Positions 25,901-38,842 of a stretch of DNA of 64,000 nucleotides are shown here, piece by piece. The DNA comes from Nymphaea colorata. Taxonomy: Eukaryota. The notes below the pieces were generated by a model, which was not told where the DNA came from, ran no database searches, and saw only the letters and a list, made by a program, of their open reading frames with translations. Both the position numbers and the translations under genes were made by a program. The stretch is from the NCBI RefSeq assembly GCF_008831285.2, contig NC_045138.2, positions 13,826,001 to 13,890,000 of the forward strand, given 5' to 3'. Numbering within the stretch: position 1 is the first letter of the stretch; every line of letters begins with the position of its first letter.

Positions 25901-26280
25901 GTTTTCCAGGGAAGGTGATGCCGTATGGGTCCTTCCAAGACTTAGACAGCGACTGATTTATATTTCCCGTGTCCACATAAGAGTCTCCAAAGACAAAGAG
26001 CACCTTCTGGGAGTAGCCGAGGCGGTGACGGTGGTGGTGGTGGTGGTGATGGTGGTGGTGGCGGTGGTGGCGGCTGTCGTTCTCCTCATACCCATCTGAT
26101 TTGCTGCCTGAAAATCCAAGGAAATCAATATATCAACAAAAAGAAAAAAGAATAATGTACATGCGTATCTTCCCATCTTCATTTTCCATGGGCTTCTGGG
26201 AGTAGTACTGAACAAGGGGCGACGCCAACTTTACCTAACAGAAGCACCACGAATAGGCAAAGGAAGAATTTTGCACCCAT
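22939..26280 (-). CDS. GDSL esterase/lipase (At5g03610-like), about 358 aa, signal peptide and His-rich N-terminal segment
   Basis: Exons 26280-26235, 26107-25856, 23912-23638, 23544-23253, 23150-22939 (1077 nt, in frame). FVFGDSYVDTGN, GMNFAYGGTG, SVAGNDY, FFWDEVHPTQDGW. Confidence 0.94.
25500..25631 (-). mobile_element. Possible tRNA-derived SINE relic in GDSL intron 2
   Basis: Minus strand reads tggtttggtcgatgg (degenerate A-box) then ggtctggaGTTCAAATCCc (B-box-like) at tRNA-like spacing. Confidence 0.3.
26022..26072 (-). repeat. (CAC)n trinucleotide repeat encoding RHHRHHHHHHHHHHRHR
   Basis: gtg repeats on the + strand fall in GDSL exon 2, in frame with GDSY. Confidence 0.93.
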
Positions 26281-29200
26281 TTTTGACACGCAGAGAGAGA
26301 GAGAGAGGAGAGGGGGTTGGAGGAGGAATGTGCAAATATCCTTGTGCGTGGTGCCTGTATATATAATAACATGTATTCATGTAAAATATATCAATAAAAA
26401 ATGCTATTGATTCTTGGACCAAAAATTTTTCACATTACAATAGATTGTCAACGGTCAACAAACAGCTTCTCTGCGGAGCAGGTGATATCTTGGGGAGGCA
26501 CATTATAAATGGCCCTCACGTCTCCGGGCTGCCAAGAGTAATATAGAAGAAAAACTTAATAGTTCTTACAAAATTGGTTCTCCCAAACTGAAATTAGATA
26601 TACACCCAACCTCCAATTTCAATGAATCTCCAAATTCAGATGTTAAACACCTAGCTGGCCATGGTGAAAAGGTTCTTCTTTTTGAACCTTTTGATGAAAT
26701 GTTGGTCCCCATACTGTGACCTATCTTACAGAATTGTTCCTACTTTTCTGGTCTCTGGAAAAAGTTCTTTTGTTATTAGACATCGGAAAGCATCTTTAAG
26801 CAGCCATTCAACGGTGGGTTCCGTGTCCTATTAAAAGAAGAAAAGTTCAAGGGGTTTGCAAGCCCTTGTAAAAGCATCAACCCAACTACGTTTTCAGGAT
26901 CACTCTCAAATCAAGGGCTGCGCACGACAGTAATAAGTTAACAATTTTACATAGTTGCCCAATTATACAGTCAACGCCCGACCATGAGCAATTTGAAATC
27001 AATCTAAACAGAAAAGAGAAACGATAACTTTTTTACGGCGCCCTTAAGTCACGTAAAGGATTTTGTGAATGACTCCATGAAAATGTCCACTGGCTCTCTC
27101 AATGGTCGACCAAAGTTTGTGATGACCGCAGTTTCTTCAAATAATTGAAGCCATGTATGTATGTGGATTTCTCTTATTGATTTTTATTACCCTTTGAAAT
27201 CCGTGATTCTTTTTTTTTTTAATCATTTTTCGGTGTCTCTTTTTCTCCTCAGGCCTTCTTGATCACACTTGTTGATCTTTTCCCGGTTGAACAGGTCACA
27301 GTTTTGCTAGCGATATTATTTTGAAAAGGTAGATGGTCAAATTTGAAATGCTGCGCTTTTAAATGCTGACTTAGATAAGGTCTGAGAAAAGTAAGCAAAG
27401 CTTTTTTTTTATTTTTTTGATAGGAACGCTTATCTTTTGTGAGTTCTTCACTTTTCATAAGTACATTAGCAAAGCTTTGGCTTGTCTTTAATCAAAGCAC
27501 TCGCAAAGCGAGTGACATGTCACCTTTCAAGCGCTTATCTTTACCTTCCACTTATCACAATGACATTCACTGGGCTGACACCCCTCTTTGTTTTTTAATC
27601 GTGGAGAACTACGTGTGCTAGTTGAGGGTGGGGGAAGCTTCGGCCTGTTTATCTTGATAGGACCCCCATAAGAAATAAGAGCTGTGGAGAAGTTTCATAT
27701 AGATTTTGAAGCCAAAGGGAATTTTTATCAAAAGATGTGTATCACTGCAACCTTGGTATGCCCTTTGCATCCTCGATCACTTTTTACTTCTCTTCTGGCT
27801 GCTCCTGGTACTGTTATTTTCTAACCCTTCTACTTATAACTGCAACCTTGGCAATCAACTCGGTGCTTTGTCGTTTCGGTCAGAAATAGACAAACCACCA
27901 ACCTAACTTTTGCCAATGCATTGCTCCTTGCTGACCATTTTGGCAGCAAAATAATGGAAATTTGCAGGGAGAGACAGAGGTTCTTGCAGAAAACTCTTTG
28001 GAAAGGATATGCACAGTTAATTACTAAAGCTGTTACGGCAGAAGAAGAAGCACTACAAGAATATTTACTAACTGCAGAGGGGGCGGTAGGTGCTACTTTG
28101 CAGTTGCAGGAACTTGAGAAAATAAAGCCGCAAGGAAATTTGTACGTCTGATATATGTGTCTCTAAAGCTGCAGATCTTACAATCTAATCACATGCCGCG
28201 TAGTCAAGCGTGTCCCCACCAAAGAAAGCAATGTTGCAGGACCAGCGAAGAAAACTTCATAAGCACTAATGCTGCCGCACAGCACTGTACAAATCATTGT
28301 CTCTTAGCGTTTTTATCGGTCAGGTTTTTCTTTAACGTGACAATCAATTAAGCTTTCATCTTCTCTCGCTCTCTCATACGCATCCACCTAAGGCGATGTT
28401 GCACCCAATCCCTCCTCAGTGTGGATATTTATGTGATAAACACAAGGTCGCTCTTCAGATTATATTGCTTGGCATGAAAACTTCTCAATCTTTAATGAGA
28501 AGTTTATAAGAAAATAATCACCAACGTTGAAGCTAAAAATGCTTCAATACTCCAAGATATTCGTATGGTAAGAATTACTGTATGTAGCAAATCTTCTTTA
28601 AGAAAGATACGGGCTGAATTGAAAAGGTAGAATAGCCAAGGAGCAGCCTTTCCCCTCTTCCCCCAATTGCAAGCTTCCTTTGGGGTTACGAATGAAGTTT
28701 AAAAACGGGTTTCAAGGACCAAAACGACTTGTGGCCAAAAGCTGATATCAAATCAAGAATTTAATATTGGCCCTCTCATTTCCTTTCATGCCGTTGTCAT
28801 GACAATTAAGAATGACATGAATTGTCATTGTGACACAAAATAGCCATGTGACTTAACATCAACATCCGTTGTAAAACAATTCAAGATTATCAGAAATTGT
28901 GAGGATTTATAAAAGGGTCATTTATTAAGTGATTGGTTGTCTTGGTTCTTACTTTTTTTTTTAATATTAAAATTAAAACTACTAAACTTCTGGTTGGGAT
29001 CCACCAAAATGAGTTGTCACATCCTTCAACAATCTTTCCAAATTAAAGAAAAAATTATTATATCATGCAGCTAGAGACACTACAGTAGAATTGCACCTTT
29101 TATCTCCGAATATTTTTCCACGCAAAAGTTGGTAGCAATCCGAAGTGTCGGACAGTCACGTCATGTGAACAGAAATATCAATAATTAACAATTTTCTGAA

Positions 29201-31766
29201 CTTGTTGAATTAATTTGTCAATTGTAGTTGGACAAGGAAATTAATCATTAGGCTTACCATTAATATTTTAGTTGTTCAAGAAAACCAGCAATCTTGAGAT
29301 CTGAATGGCCCCAAATCAGGATAATATTAAAAAGACCGCACTACTTCCTGCTTAATGTGAAAGGTTGAAAGGCAAAGTGCTCGTTCAAAGTGGTATTGGG
29401 AAAGAAGGCGAACGCTAACTTGGAAATCACTCGTTTATAATGACCTTCAAGATGACGTAATTGCTGTTGCAGGCTTTTTCCAAGCAGCAGCGTTTGAGGA
29501 ACTACGACCAAGAAATTATAAACCAAGCATTTGATATGTTCAAACAAAACATATTTGATTTCAAAGCCATGGCACAAAAGGATGTATGTGTATGTTTGGA
29601 ACTTAGAAAGGAGAAAGTTTCTCCATGTAGGAAAAAAAAATTAATGTACTAATTATGAGAAGTTCTCATGTGAAATGAATAATTTGCGTACATATTTTTT
29701 TCACACAAATTTAAGGATTGAATTCACACACACAGAGAGAGAGAGAGAGAGAGAATAGTTAGATTTTCGGAATCCTGTATGGACATATCAAAGGTGTTCC
29801 AACATTTTAAAGGGCCGGACTAAAAAGAAAAGGAAGGGAATGAAGGACCACAAAGCAGACAGAAGCGGGACTCGACAGCAACAAATCGGTGCTTGCTTAT
29901 CCTCGATTATTGCTACCAAAGTAAAGGAACAAGGTAAATTCCGATTGTGTGACCTCTATAACGTAGGCTACGGCTACAAATATCCATCCCACATTACCTT
30001 TCAACAGATTACTAAAGCTTGTTCCTTTCTCTTCCGGATTTAACTCTTCAAAATTAATGACCTTATAATAAATTGGGTGACAACAGACCACATTCAAATT
30101 TACGGAACTACAAATTTTATGTGTAGCAGCTTGATATTGGACCGCCTAACTTTGTTTTCTTTTGGAACCAGCTATCCATTTGTTCACTTCATTACCATCA
30201 ATTCTGATTTAACCCCCCAGTTGAAATCGTGAAACTTGCGTAAAATGTTTGCCTTGACTGCACCCATTGATGGAGCGCCCAACTGCCAAAGATTCTTACT
30301 TAAGCTTGAATGACGCGTGTACTGACGGGTGGGTACAAGAGGACCAGGGGTTCTTCACACCAATGGAATCTTGATGTAGTGTTGTAAACAGTTTTCCTTT
30401 GATTAGCTGTAAAATTCGACTCCTAATACAAGTGAACATCTCGAGCTCGACTGTCATGAAGGATCGTTGTAAAAAATAAAAATAAAATAAAACTTTTACG
30501 CTAATTTATTTGAAAGGAAAATAATTAATTGAAAAAATGACAGACTGAAAAACCAGCCATGCACCACCACAGAAGCCTATTTAGGAAGATTTTTTATCTA
30601 GCTCCTGACATTTTGCTCCAACCATTTCTTGATTAAACAAATCAGTTTTCAGTTTTTTTTTTTTTTTCCTTAACTACTCTTTATGTAGGGACTTATAATT
30701 AGTTTATTAGAAACGGTCAAACATAGCCCTAACTCGCTCCTATCATTGCACTTCGCCATCAGCATTATTTATTTATCTTATTAAAAAATTAGGGAAATAA
30801 TACTTCCGCAAATCTGAATCGTTAAGGTTTGGATAAAGCATCATATAACGTCTTCACCTGCCACCTTTTTTTTGGCGAACCTCTTTACGTGAAGCAATTT
30901 TATATATTGATCAGTTGGAAAACAGCTAATAATATTCCTTGTACTTGTATTTGTCAGACTCATGTCTGCCTTAATGTGATCGACCAATCGATCCTGACAT
31001 TTGGAGTCTTCTTCAGCTCTTTAACCAGGGTTGGTAGCCCACCAGGTACATACATGAAAACACATTTCAAAGACCCAGAAAATGGGTGTGATGCAAATTA
31101 AGATGGAGACAAAACTGCAATCTCAACGCTTTTAAAAAAAAAAGAAAAAAAATCATATTTTATTCTTTTTTTCCTTCAAAATTTCTTTACAGCGTGACCC
31201 TGATGTACATGTATGAAACCAAATATTGATTCGTAAACCTGTCGCTATATAATGTTCAAATAGGACACTCCAAACACCAAGAAAAATCATTGATTATAAA
31301 ATAATTCCGAAATTCTGCATGTTAATAAATGCCATTTATCCATGTCAACGTCCGTAGGTTTTCTATCATGTGAATCCCATCCATAGCGCTACAATTTTGA
31401 AAAACGATACAGAAAATGACAAAATAATTCGCTATACAGAAACCGTTCAACTACATTGCGCCTGGATCCATGTCCCCATCACGGAACGCCAACAGCCCAG
31501 AGGGAGGGGGGGGAGATGGAGAGGGGTAAAAGATGAACCACTACAGTTTCTTCTTTTAGCACCGATGAAAACAATTGTACAAAATACAAATGAGGAGGAG
31601 CTGCCGAACATGTACAGCATGCTGGACAATCGGTCAAACGCACCAAACAGGGCGCCTAAGTATACACCTTTCCGACCTGCTTGGGTCACTGAACCGTGAA
31701 TGCGAGAGCCCAGCCCACCTAACTTGGGCCCCCGGCTTTCCAGCTCTCCGGCAGAATCCGAGGATT

Positions 31767-34700
31767 TTATCCAAGACATTGATGAATGGGAAGAATGATT
31801 TGGTTATCTGACATCACTGGCGGCGAGGGTTGTGCATTTCTTGTGGGCGATGAGCTTTCATGGCCAAATGGTGTTCGCGTAAAAGGGTTCCATCTATCGA
31901 AGATGATGCGACCTCCACGGCCTATCCTACCATGAAATTTGAACGTTGGCATGGCATCACCATCTTCTGTAGGTGGGTCAGCAGGTCTCACTATCCCTGC
32001 AGCTGCCAGCTTTTGTTGATCAAGACGTCTGGTAAATAATAGCACTGGTTGTTGAGGACCCTAAAACACAATTTTATCAGGTTTAGCGGTTCCTGAAGCA
32101 ACATTGTATGTCCAGGCAGACAGAAAGTAACGAAAAGCTGGGTCAGGACTAGGTTACCCTTTTCTGCAACCAGCCACGTGCCAGAGGCCTCCTCCTAAAC
32201 TCCCGCCTAGCACGTCCTGCTGTAGCTGTCATCATCATAGAATCTGAAGTATGCAGACGTGCAGTTGCAGGCCGAGTATATGTGAACCCATTTGGCACGT
32301 CATCTGAATCAATGAAATCTTCATCACTTGACGCTAACTTGCAAGTGGATCCAAACCCGGGAAGCGCTAGCCCATCCTCGATGAGTTGAGTCTCGTGCTG
32401 AAAAGAAGAATATCGATTCAAAGAAGAACATTGATTCAAATGGAGAACTTCAGACTGATAAAGCCAGCCAGATTGCAAAACAAGGAACAATTTCATAAAC
32501 CAAGTTGTGTGAAGCATATCCCTCCCTAATCATAGGCAAATAACGAAAATAATGGACAGGAAGGCAGCATGCATGCTTAGCAAACTTGAAAAGACTTTCA
32601 CATATGAAAGCGATTACCGTGTCCTAAAGTGCCAAGCGGCACCAGTTATACGGTTATAACCACCTGAAGAAACGTCCAGGATGTAGAAAAAGGACAAGAA
32701 TTTCTATTCACACACACACGCACACACGGAGCAAGGAATTTCATAAACCAAGTTGTGTGAAGCACATCCCTCCCTAATCACAGGCAAATAAGGAAAATAA
32801 TGGACAGGAAGGCCGTATGCATGCTTAGCAATCTTGGAAAGGCTTTCACATATGAAAGTGATTATCATGCCCTAAAGTACCTAGTGGCACCAGTTATACG
32901 GTTATAACCACCTGAAGAAATGTCCAAGATGTAGAGAAAGGACAAGAATTTGTACTGACACACACACAGAGAGAGAGAGAGAAAGAAGTGGAACAACCAG
33001 ATAACAGCACCGGATGAAACATCTCAGATAAACCATGGAGAAAAGGCACACAGAGAGAGGCAGACCTTGTATTTTAGTCGGATCCTTTGAAGGTTCACTT
33101 CACATTCCATGAGTTCACGCTTCTTTTCTTCTCTCTGATTAAGATGCTTACTAGTCAAGGAAAGGGATAATGTAACTGTATAAGACATCCCCAAGATTCT
33201 AATACATGCCTCCTACACCTTACCTTGATCAATGTTTCCACCAGTCCCTTGACTTGGCCCAAGTTACGCATAACCTGAAATACATAAACCAAACTGAATA
33301 AGAAAAAGAAGAGAACAATAGGAATGCACTATAAACATGAAATTAAATAAAGCACAATGGAAACAGCCTGCTACTGCTCAAAGGCAACTTGATTTACATA
33401 TTCTAATATGTGCATATCATAAGCTAAAGATGTTGAAACAAAAGTAAAAGCGCATCATTTTCACCAGACACCATAAGCACACTGAAGCAGCTTGCTGAGA
33501 AGAGAGGTCACCAAGGACTTTCAGAAATTTAGACCCCTCATATAAAATTACTTGATACCAGCAGCAGTAGACTAATTCAGTGTAAACTATCCTGCTCAAG
33601 ACCAGTTACTGGCTAGAGTCTAGAGGTAAATGACGAGGACATCAGACTTCTGGAACCACTGCCCTAAACTACTAAAATCTGCAATAGTGGGTAAGAATTG
33701 GCTAGACATCCGGTCGCTGATTATCATGTGTCAAACCAAGTCCTCTATGCATTATCTTAATTCCTACACTATTATAAGGGTAAATGAACTTAGGAAATAA
33801 GTAGTTCAATTTCTGAAAAACTAAAGATAAGACACAGGTCTTCAACATATGAGCAAATGCAACTGCTCTCATCAGAGTTCACGGAGGGAAAGAGATGGAC
33901 CTGACGAAGCTTGTCGAAGGACTGAACGTTGTTTTCCCGCCTTTGCATCTACAGTGTAGCAATAAATGTTTCAATGACACAAATGACATCCAGTAGTAAA
34001 TTCTACTAGTATAGATAAAACATGTCATAAAGATAGATACAAACGAAATTTATAATGTTATACAACAAATCCATATAAACCTTACCCTTCTGGTATGCAA
34101 GCGGTGGGCTTTCTCTCTTGGTCTGAACACATTGTATGGATTTGTGTCATTGACTGGTGGTGGAGGCTGCATACCAAAACAATGCATGAAAATACCCATA
34201 ATCAGAAGGGACAAGTAGGGTCCAAAATAAATTTCCAGAAATGGAAGCTAGCTTGGAAAGAGTTCCCCAAATAAAGGATTAAGAGCTCTGTGCAAATTTT
34301 TGCTACTGGGGTTTAGAAAGGTTAGTTTCTTTACGGAAAGTGATTAGTGATACTTATTGAATTTCTTCCAACCATCAAGTGTTTCAATTAGTGAAACTTA
34401 CTGAACTAACAAAACACAGCTCATAACAAAATATTTATCAAAAAGATATACTTAAAAGCTAAGGCACATATTTACATGGTACCCTACTCGTAGCATACAA
34501 TTTGAATCTGCTGCGCAGAAAACCACTAATATCCAAGATGGAAACAAATATATACAGGCAAATCCCGTCAATTACCTGTATTCTTCGAAGAATAGGCTTT
34601 TGCCACCGTTCACGCTGAAAATAAAAATAATTAAGTATGCATTAGCTCCAGAAATCATGAATTCATTTTACAGGCATTAGAGAATCCTCACACAATATGA

Positions 34701-37700
34701 TATATGACAAAAAATGACAACGGAGGACAGATCTATTAGCTGTTTAAATTCAATCTTCCTTCACACTGACATTAGAAAAGACAAAATTCAGAGATTTAGC
34801 TTTCACCTTTGCTTTCCAGTAATTATATATAGACTGGAAAACAGCATATCTCATATTCTGAGCCAAAGCCTGCGAAAATAAAATAAATCAGACAGAATCT
34901 AAAGAAGTAGATAACCAAAACGTAACTAATATCTTAATATCAGAAAAATTCAACATCACATCTTATAGATAAATAATTTCTCAAAGGTAGCATAACTTAC
35001 TAGCTTCAGAATACTCAGGAAATAGATCATATTTTGAACCACTGACACCAAAAGCAGACATTTAAACATAAAGAAGACCTTTCCATTTCAAATACAACTG
35101 TAGAAACAGATGTTTTACCAAACAGAAGGTTGTCAAGAATCATAACCTAGAAACCAGGTTTCTCCTGTAAACTAGACCTTGTCAAGAAAAATGAATAAGG
35201 CTATAAGCCCACAGAGATACAGATACAGCTAGAGCCAAAAACATGCCTCTTATAGTCCCAAGAAGATACAAAGCACTTGTAAGTCAATATTTTCACAGCA
35301 AAACAACATACTGAAACTCTAAAAGACAAAAGATGAGATGAGAATAAAAGAGTAGATCAGTTTAAATAAATCATACAATCTCTATCGCATCCTCTTCATG
35401 GTTCACTTCAACTATAACATGTTGCAGCATAATGGTGCACACAGCGAAGAGTATCTTCTCCCACTGTTCGGATCTTATTTTTCTATGGACATCCTGGTCA
35501 TTATCTTTTCCAGACACCACTGCAGCCTTTCTTAGCCCATTATCAGAAATTGTTTACTGGTAAACTGGAAGCATCATATTTTTTAGCTTTGATTTGCTCT
35601 TGCCTTTATTTTTTTTCCCCTCCCAGTACCACTCTCCCTATGTTCATATTTCTGAGACAATGCATATCTAATACTTTTAATAACCCAAAATGTCATGTTC
35701 CTTAGACTCGATGGATCTGATCTAAAGCAGGTCCGACCTTAAATTCATGATTCTAGCAAACTGCAATTTGAAAACCACAGATTCATGATCCCCATATGCC
35801 TCAAATCCATGGATCTCAAGACAGATCAAGGAGGGCCTGATTTGAGATCCATGGCTCTTAGATGCAAGCATTACAACCTCATGACGTAATTCACACATCT
35901 TTCAAGCAAAGGATTTGATACCCTTGTTACAAATCAAGGATCTGGAATGGTGGAAGCTATCCCACACTCTCAGATGAAACACCCTTGTGTCCTCCCTTTT
36001 GTGCTTGATGCTTTTTTCCTTCAGTTGGAAGACAGTTGATAAAATGCACGCCATGGATCATGATGCTTCAAGGAATCAAGTGTTACTAACAAATAATTGA
36101 CAACAACACAATCTTAACAACGAGAAAAATACTGTTATCTACAATAAAATGATTGAAACAATGCTTCATAGAAGTAACTAAGAAGCTAGAAATAAACAAT
36201 AAAGGTCTGAGGAGAAAAGACAGGAAAACAAGCGAAACAGCACAATTAAAAGCTTACATGCAACAGAACCATAAATTTATTAATTCTTGTGGTTGCAAGG
36301 TCATCAACCTCATGGAATTGATATGTTCAGAGGAATTATACATCCCTAGAGTACAGAAGGATCGCAATAAGTGCTTTTTGGCTACGTTAGAACATCAAAA
36401 ATGGAAAGCACAACAAAATGCATAAAAAGGAGCAGGTTGCTGCTCCCAGTAGCATAACCTCAGATTCCTGAAGTATCTCATTTATAAGGCAAACTTTGCC
36501 ATCAAATTACATAAAGGAATAATTCTTGAGATCACCTCAGCTGCAGCATCAAGCTGAAGCACAACTGGAACAGGAGAACCAAGTGAAATTATGACGCCTC
36601 CCCTCTCTCTGGTTTTATGGTCCAAAACTTCCAAACGGAACAAAAGAGCTTCAAATCTGTATGGACAGAAAATGTACAATAATTATGTCAATCAAACATA
36701 GATAAACTAGATAAAGGAGGCAAACAGCATGCCCCATTACTTATACCCTACAAAGTTGATTACCTAATTATCAGAATAGGTTATGCAAGCATTTCTCATA
36801 CTTCACCTACCATTACTAAAATACTACAGTTTTACAACACAAAAGAAAAGAGCTAGTTTCATTTACCATAGTAAGGTTTATTAATTGAATGTTTGAACCT
36901 CTATCACGTCTATCAAAGCACAGAGACAAATACATGAGAATCAACTGTAAACTCAAGGTCATAAAGCATAAAAAACAGATCGCAGAAGAAAACTGATAAG
37001 TTCATTTTATCTTGTCATCCTCTGCTTCTTACACCCTTCCTAGTTTTTTATTTAAATAAGCATGTAGAACTTTCTTTGATGTTTCTTCTGCTGTGAAGCT
37101 GTTAAATTTTTTGGAGGAATCACAAGCAGCTTTGAAGGTAGGATCCCAGAAAAAAAAATGCATTTTTTACTAGTTACCTGATAACACAAATCAATGTGAC
37201 TGACTGACAAGGTAAAGATATGTAGAAATTTAATGTTGCCCAAAGAACAGAAAAGGAAAAAGGAAAAATGGTATGATTCCGTCCAAGTATAAAAAATTGG
37301 TTGAAAATCCAAAACCAAGTCCAGCATTTAGAACCTATTTCATATTAGCAGTAAAATTTAAAGAACTCAGATAACAAAAGCAACAAATCTAAACAAACTA
37401 GTCTCAAGAAAAAAAATTTACAACTAACAGATGCATCTCATAAGAGCAAAAACAATAAAAAAAATTACTACTGAAAAGATAAATGCCCAAAAAATCTAGC
37501 AAATTCTGCCATAGACTAAAGTTCCTCCAAGAATTAAAAAGCAGGAGAAAGAAAGCATAAAAACAAGACAAAAAAGAAGAGAAATTAAACTCTAAATAAA
37601 GTATAGTAACCTTCTTGCAAAAGGTGGAGAACCATAACTAAGCAAGAAGTAGAATATTTGACCCATTCTGAAAGAAAGAAAAGATGGAATCTGCAGATTT

Positions 37701-38842
37701 TTACTTTTCTGGTGTGATTATCTTCCTCTCATTGTTGAACTCTTGAAGCCAGTCTTCATCCTCATTGTCAAGATCATACTCAACAAAATCCCCAAGTTCT
37801 GCCCTAGCTGAAAATCAAAAGAAATACCTATTATTGCAATATAATTATTAAAAAATAAAACAACTCTAAGAATCCAATCAAATTAGTGACAATTTTTACC
37901 TCCTCTTCCACGCACATATGAAGTTGGTTGTGAAAAGGAACATGAGTAGTCTCTTTCATATGTGTCAACAACAACAAACTGTGGTGTAGGTATTTCAGAA
38001 GCACTTTTCCTTGTCTGGATTTGATTAACCTATAATGTTACACATTAAAAATTGATATTAGCTGAAAATAAACTGAGCAACATAAAATCCACTTTAAGCA
38101 GCATCTACGCTCAAAGAGACCCCCCTGTCTCTCACTTCCTTTAATTCTTCTTCGTACAGTCACTTAAATGAAGACACCCAATCAGGTTTCACATTTGGAC
38201 AAAATCAAAAACAAAAATTACGTATGGCTTCTTAAAGGAGCTGGTCAACGTATGCCATCAATAGGCATCAGAAACAGATGTCCCAAGAATAATGTGATCA
38301 GGAAATTGGGTACCTGGTCAGTAGAAAACAAAATACAGGATGATGACAGGGAAAGAGTGTTGTAAATTTCAAACCATGACAACTATGATAAAGCTTATAG
38401 ACCAGACGAGACTTTTCAAAAGCAATCAATAGTTAATTTGGAAGAAACAATGTTGCCAGCTGAAACGGAAAAAAATAAATAAACATAAAAAGGAATTAAT
38501 CGAGCTACACAAGCTCAGTGTAATGGTAATGCAATGCTATACGATTATCTCAATTGCGCTTACAAACAAAATCCACGAATTACTAGCCCCATTACCGCAC
38601 AGTAAAATTTATAAGCATTGATCCAAAAGAACTGGAGAACCAAAAACAAGATTTGGAACCTCATTCTCAGCCTCTGAAGTAATACGTGGTATTTGTGAAT
38701 TGCGAGTAGATGGAGCTGTAATGATGCTATTGTTAATGGTCACAGTAGAAGCCTCATCATCTTCAAAATCCCTCACAGACCTTATAATAGGAAGCTTCCT
38801 ATTGAAGTCAAGTGGACGAGGCCTGATCTGCAGTCGAGTCAT
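31767..38842 (-). CDS. EPL1: Enhancer of polycomb-like protein (NuA4 complex subunit), about 473 aa, 12 coding exons
   Basis: Exons 38842-38660, 38029-37900, 37807-37705, 36656-36536, 34869-34807, 34614-34576, 34166-34086, 33948-33901, 33274-33224, 33134-33066, 32397-32158, 32060-31767 (1422 nt, in frame). Motifs RPRPLDFNRKLPI, EIPTPQF, EYDLDNEDEDWL, DTNPYNVFRPRE, GRIGRGGRIIFDR. Confidence 0.93.
32481..32985. repeat. Tandem duplication of an about 250-bp unit inside EPL1 intron 10
   Basis: Units at about 32481-32730 and 32732-32985 share tttcataaaccaagttgtgtgaagca...ggcaccagttatacggttataaccacctgaagaaa...aggacaagaattt; each ends in a (CA)n tract. Confidence 0.92.

Noticed and set aside
25958..26215. 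ORF with a poly-Thr tract
   Set aside because: Wrong frame of the CAC repeat; splice phase and the GDSY motif show the poly-His frame is the real one.
31370..31811. ORFs of 78-110 aa just downstream of the EPL1 stop
   Set aside because: They fall in the expected 3' UTR and resemble no known family.
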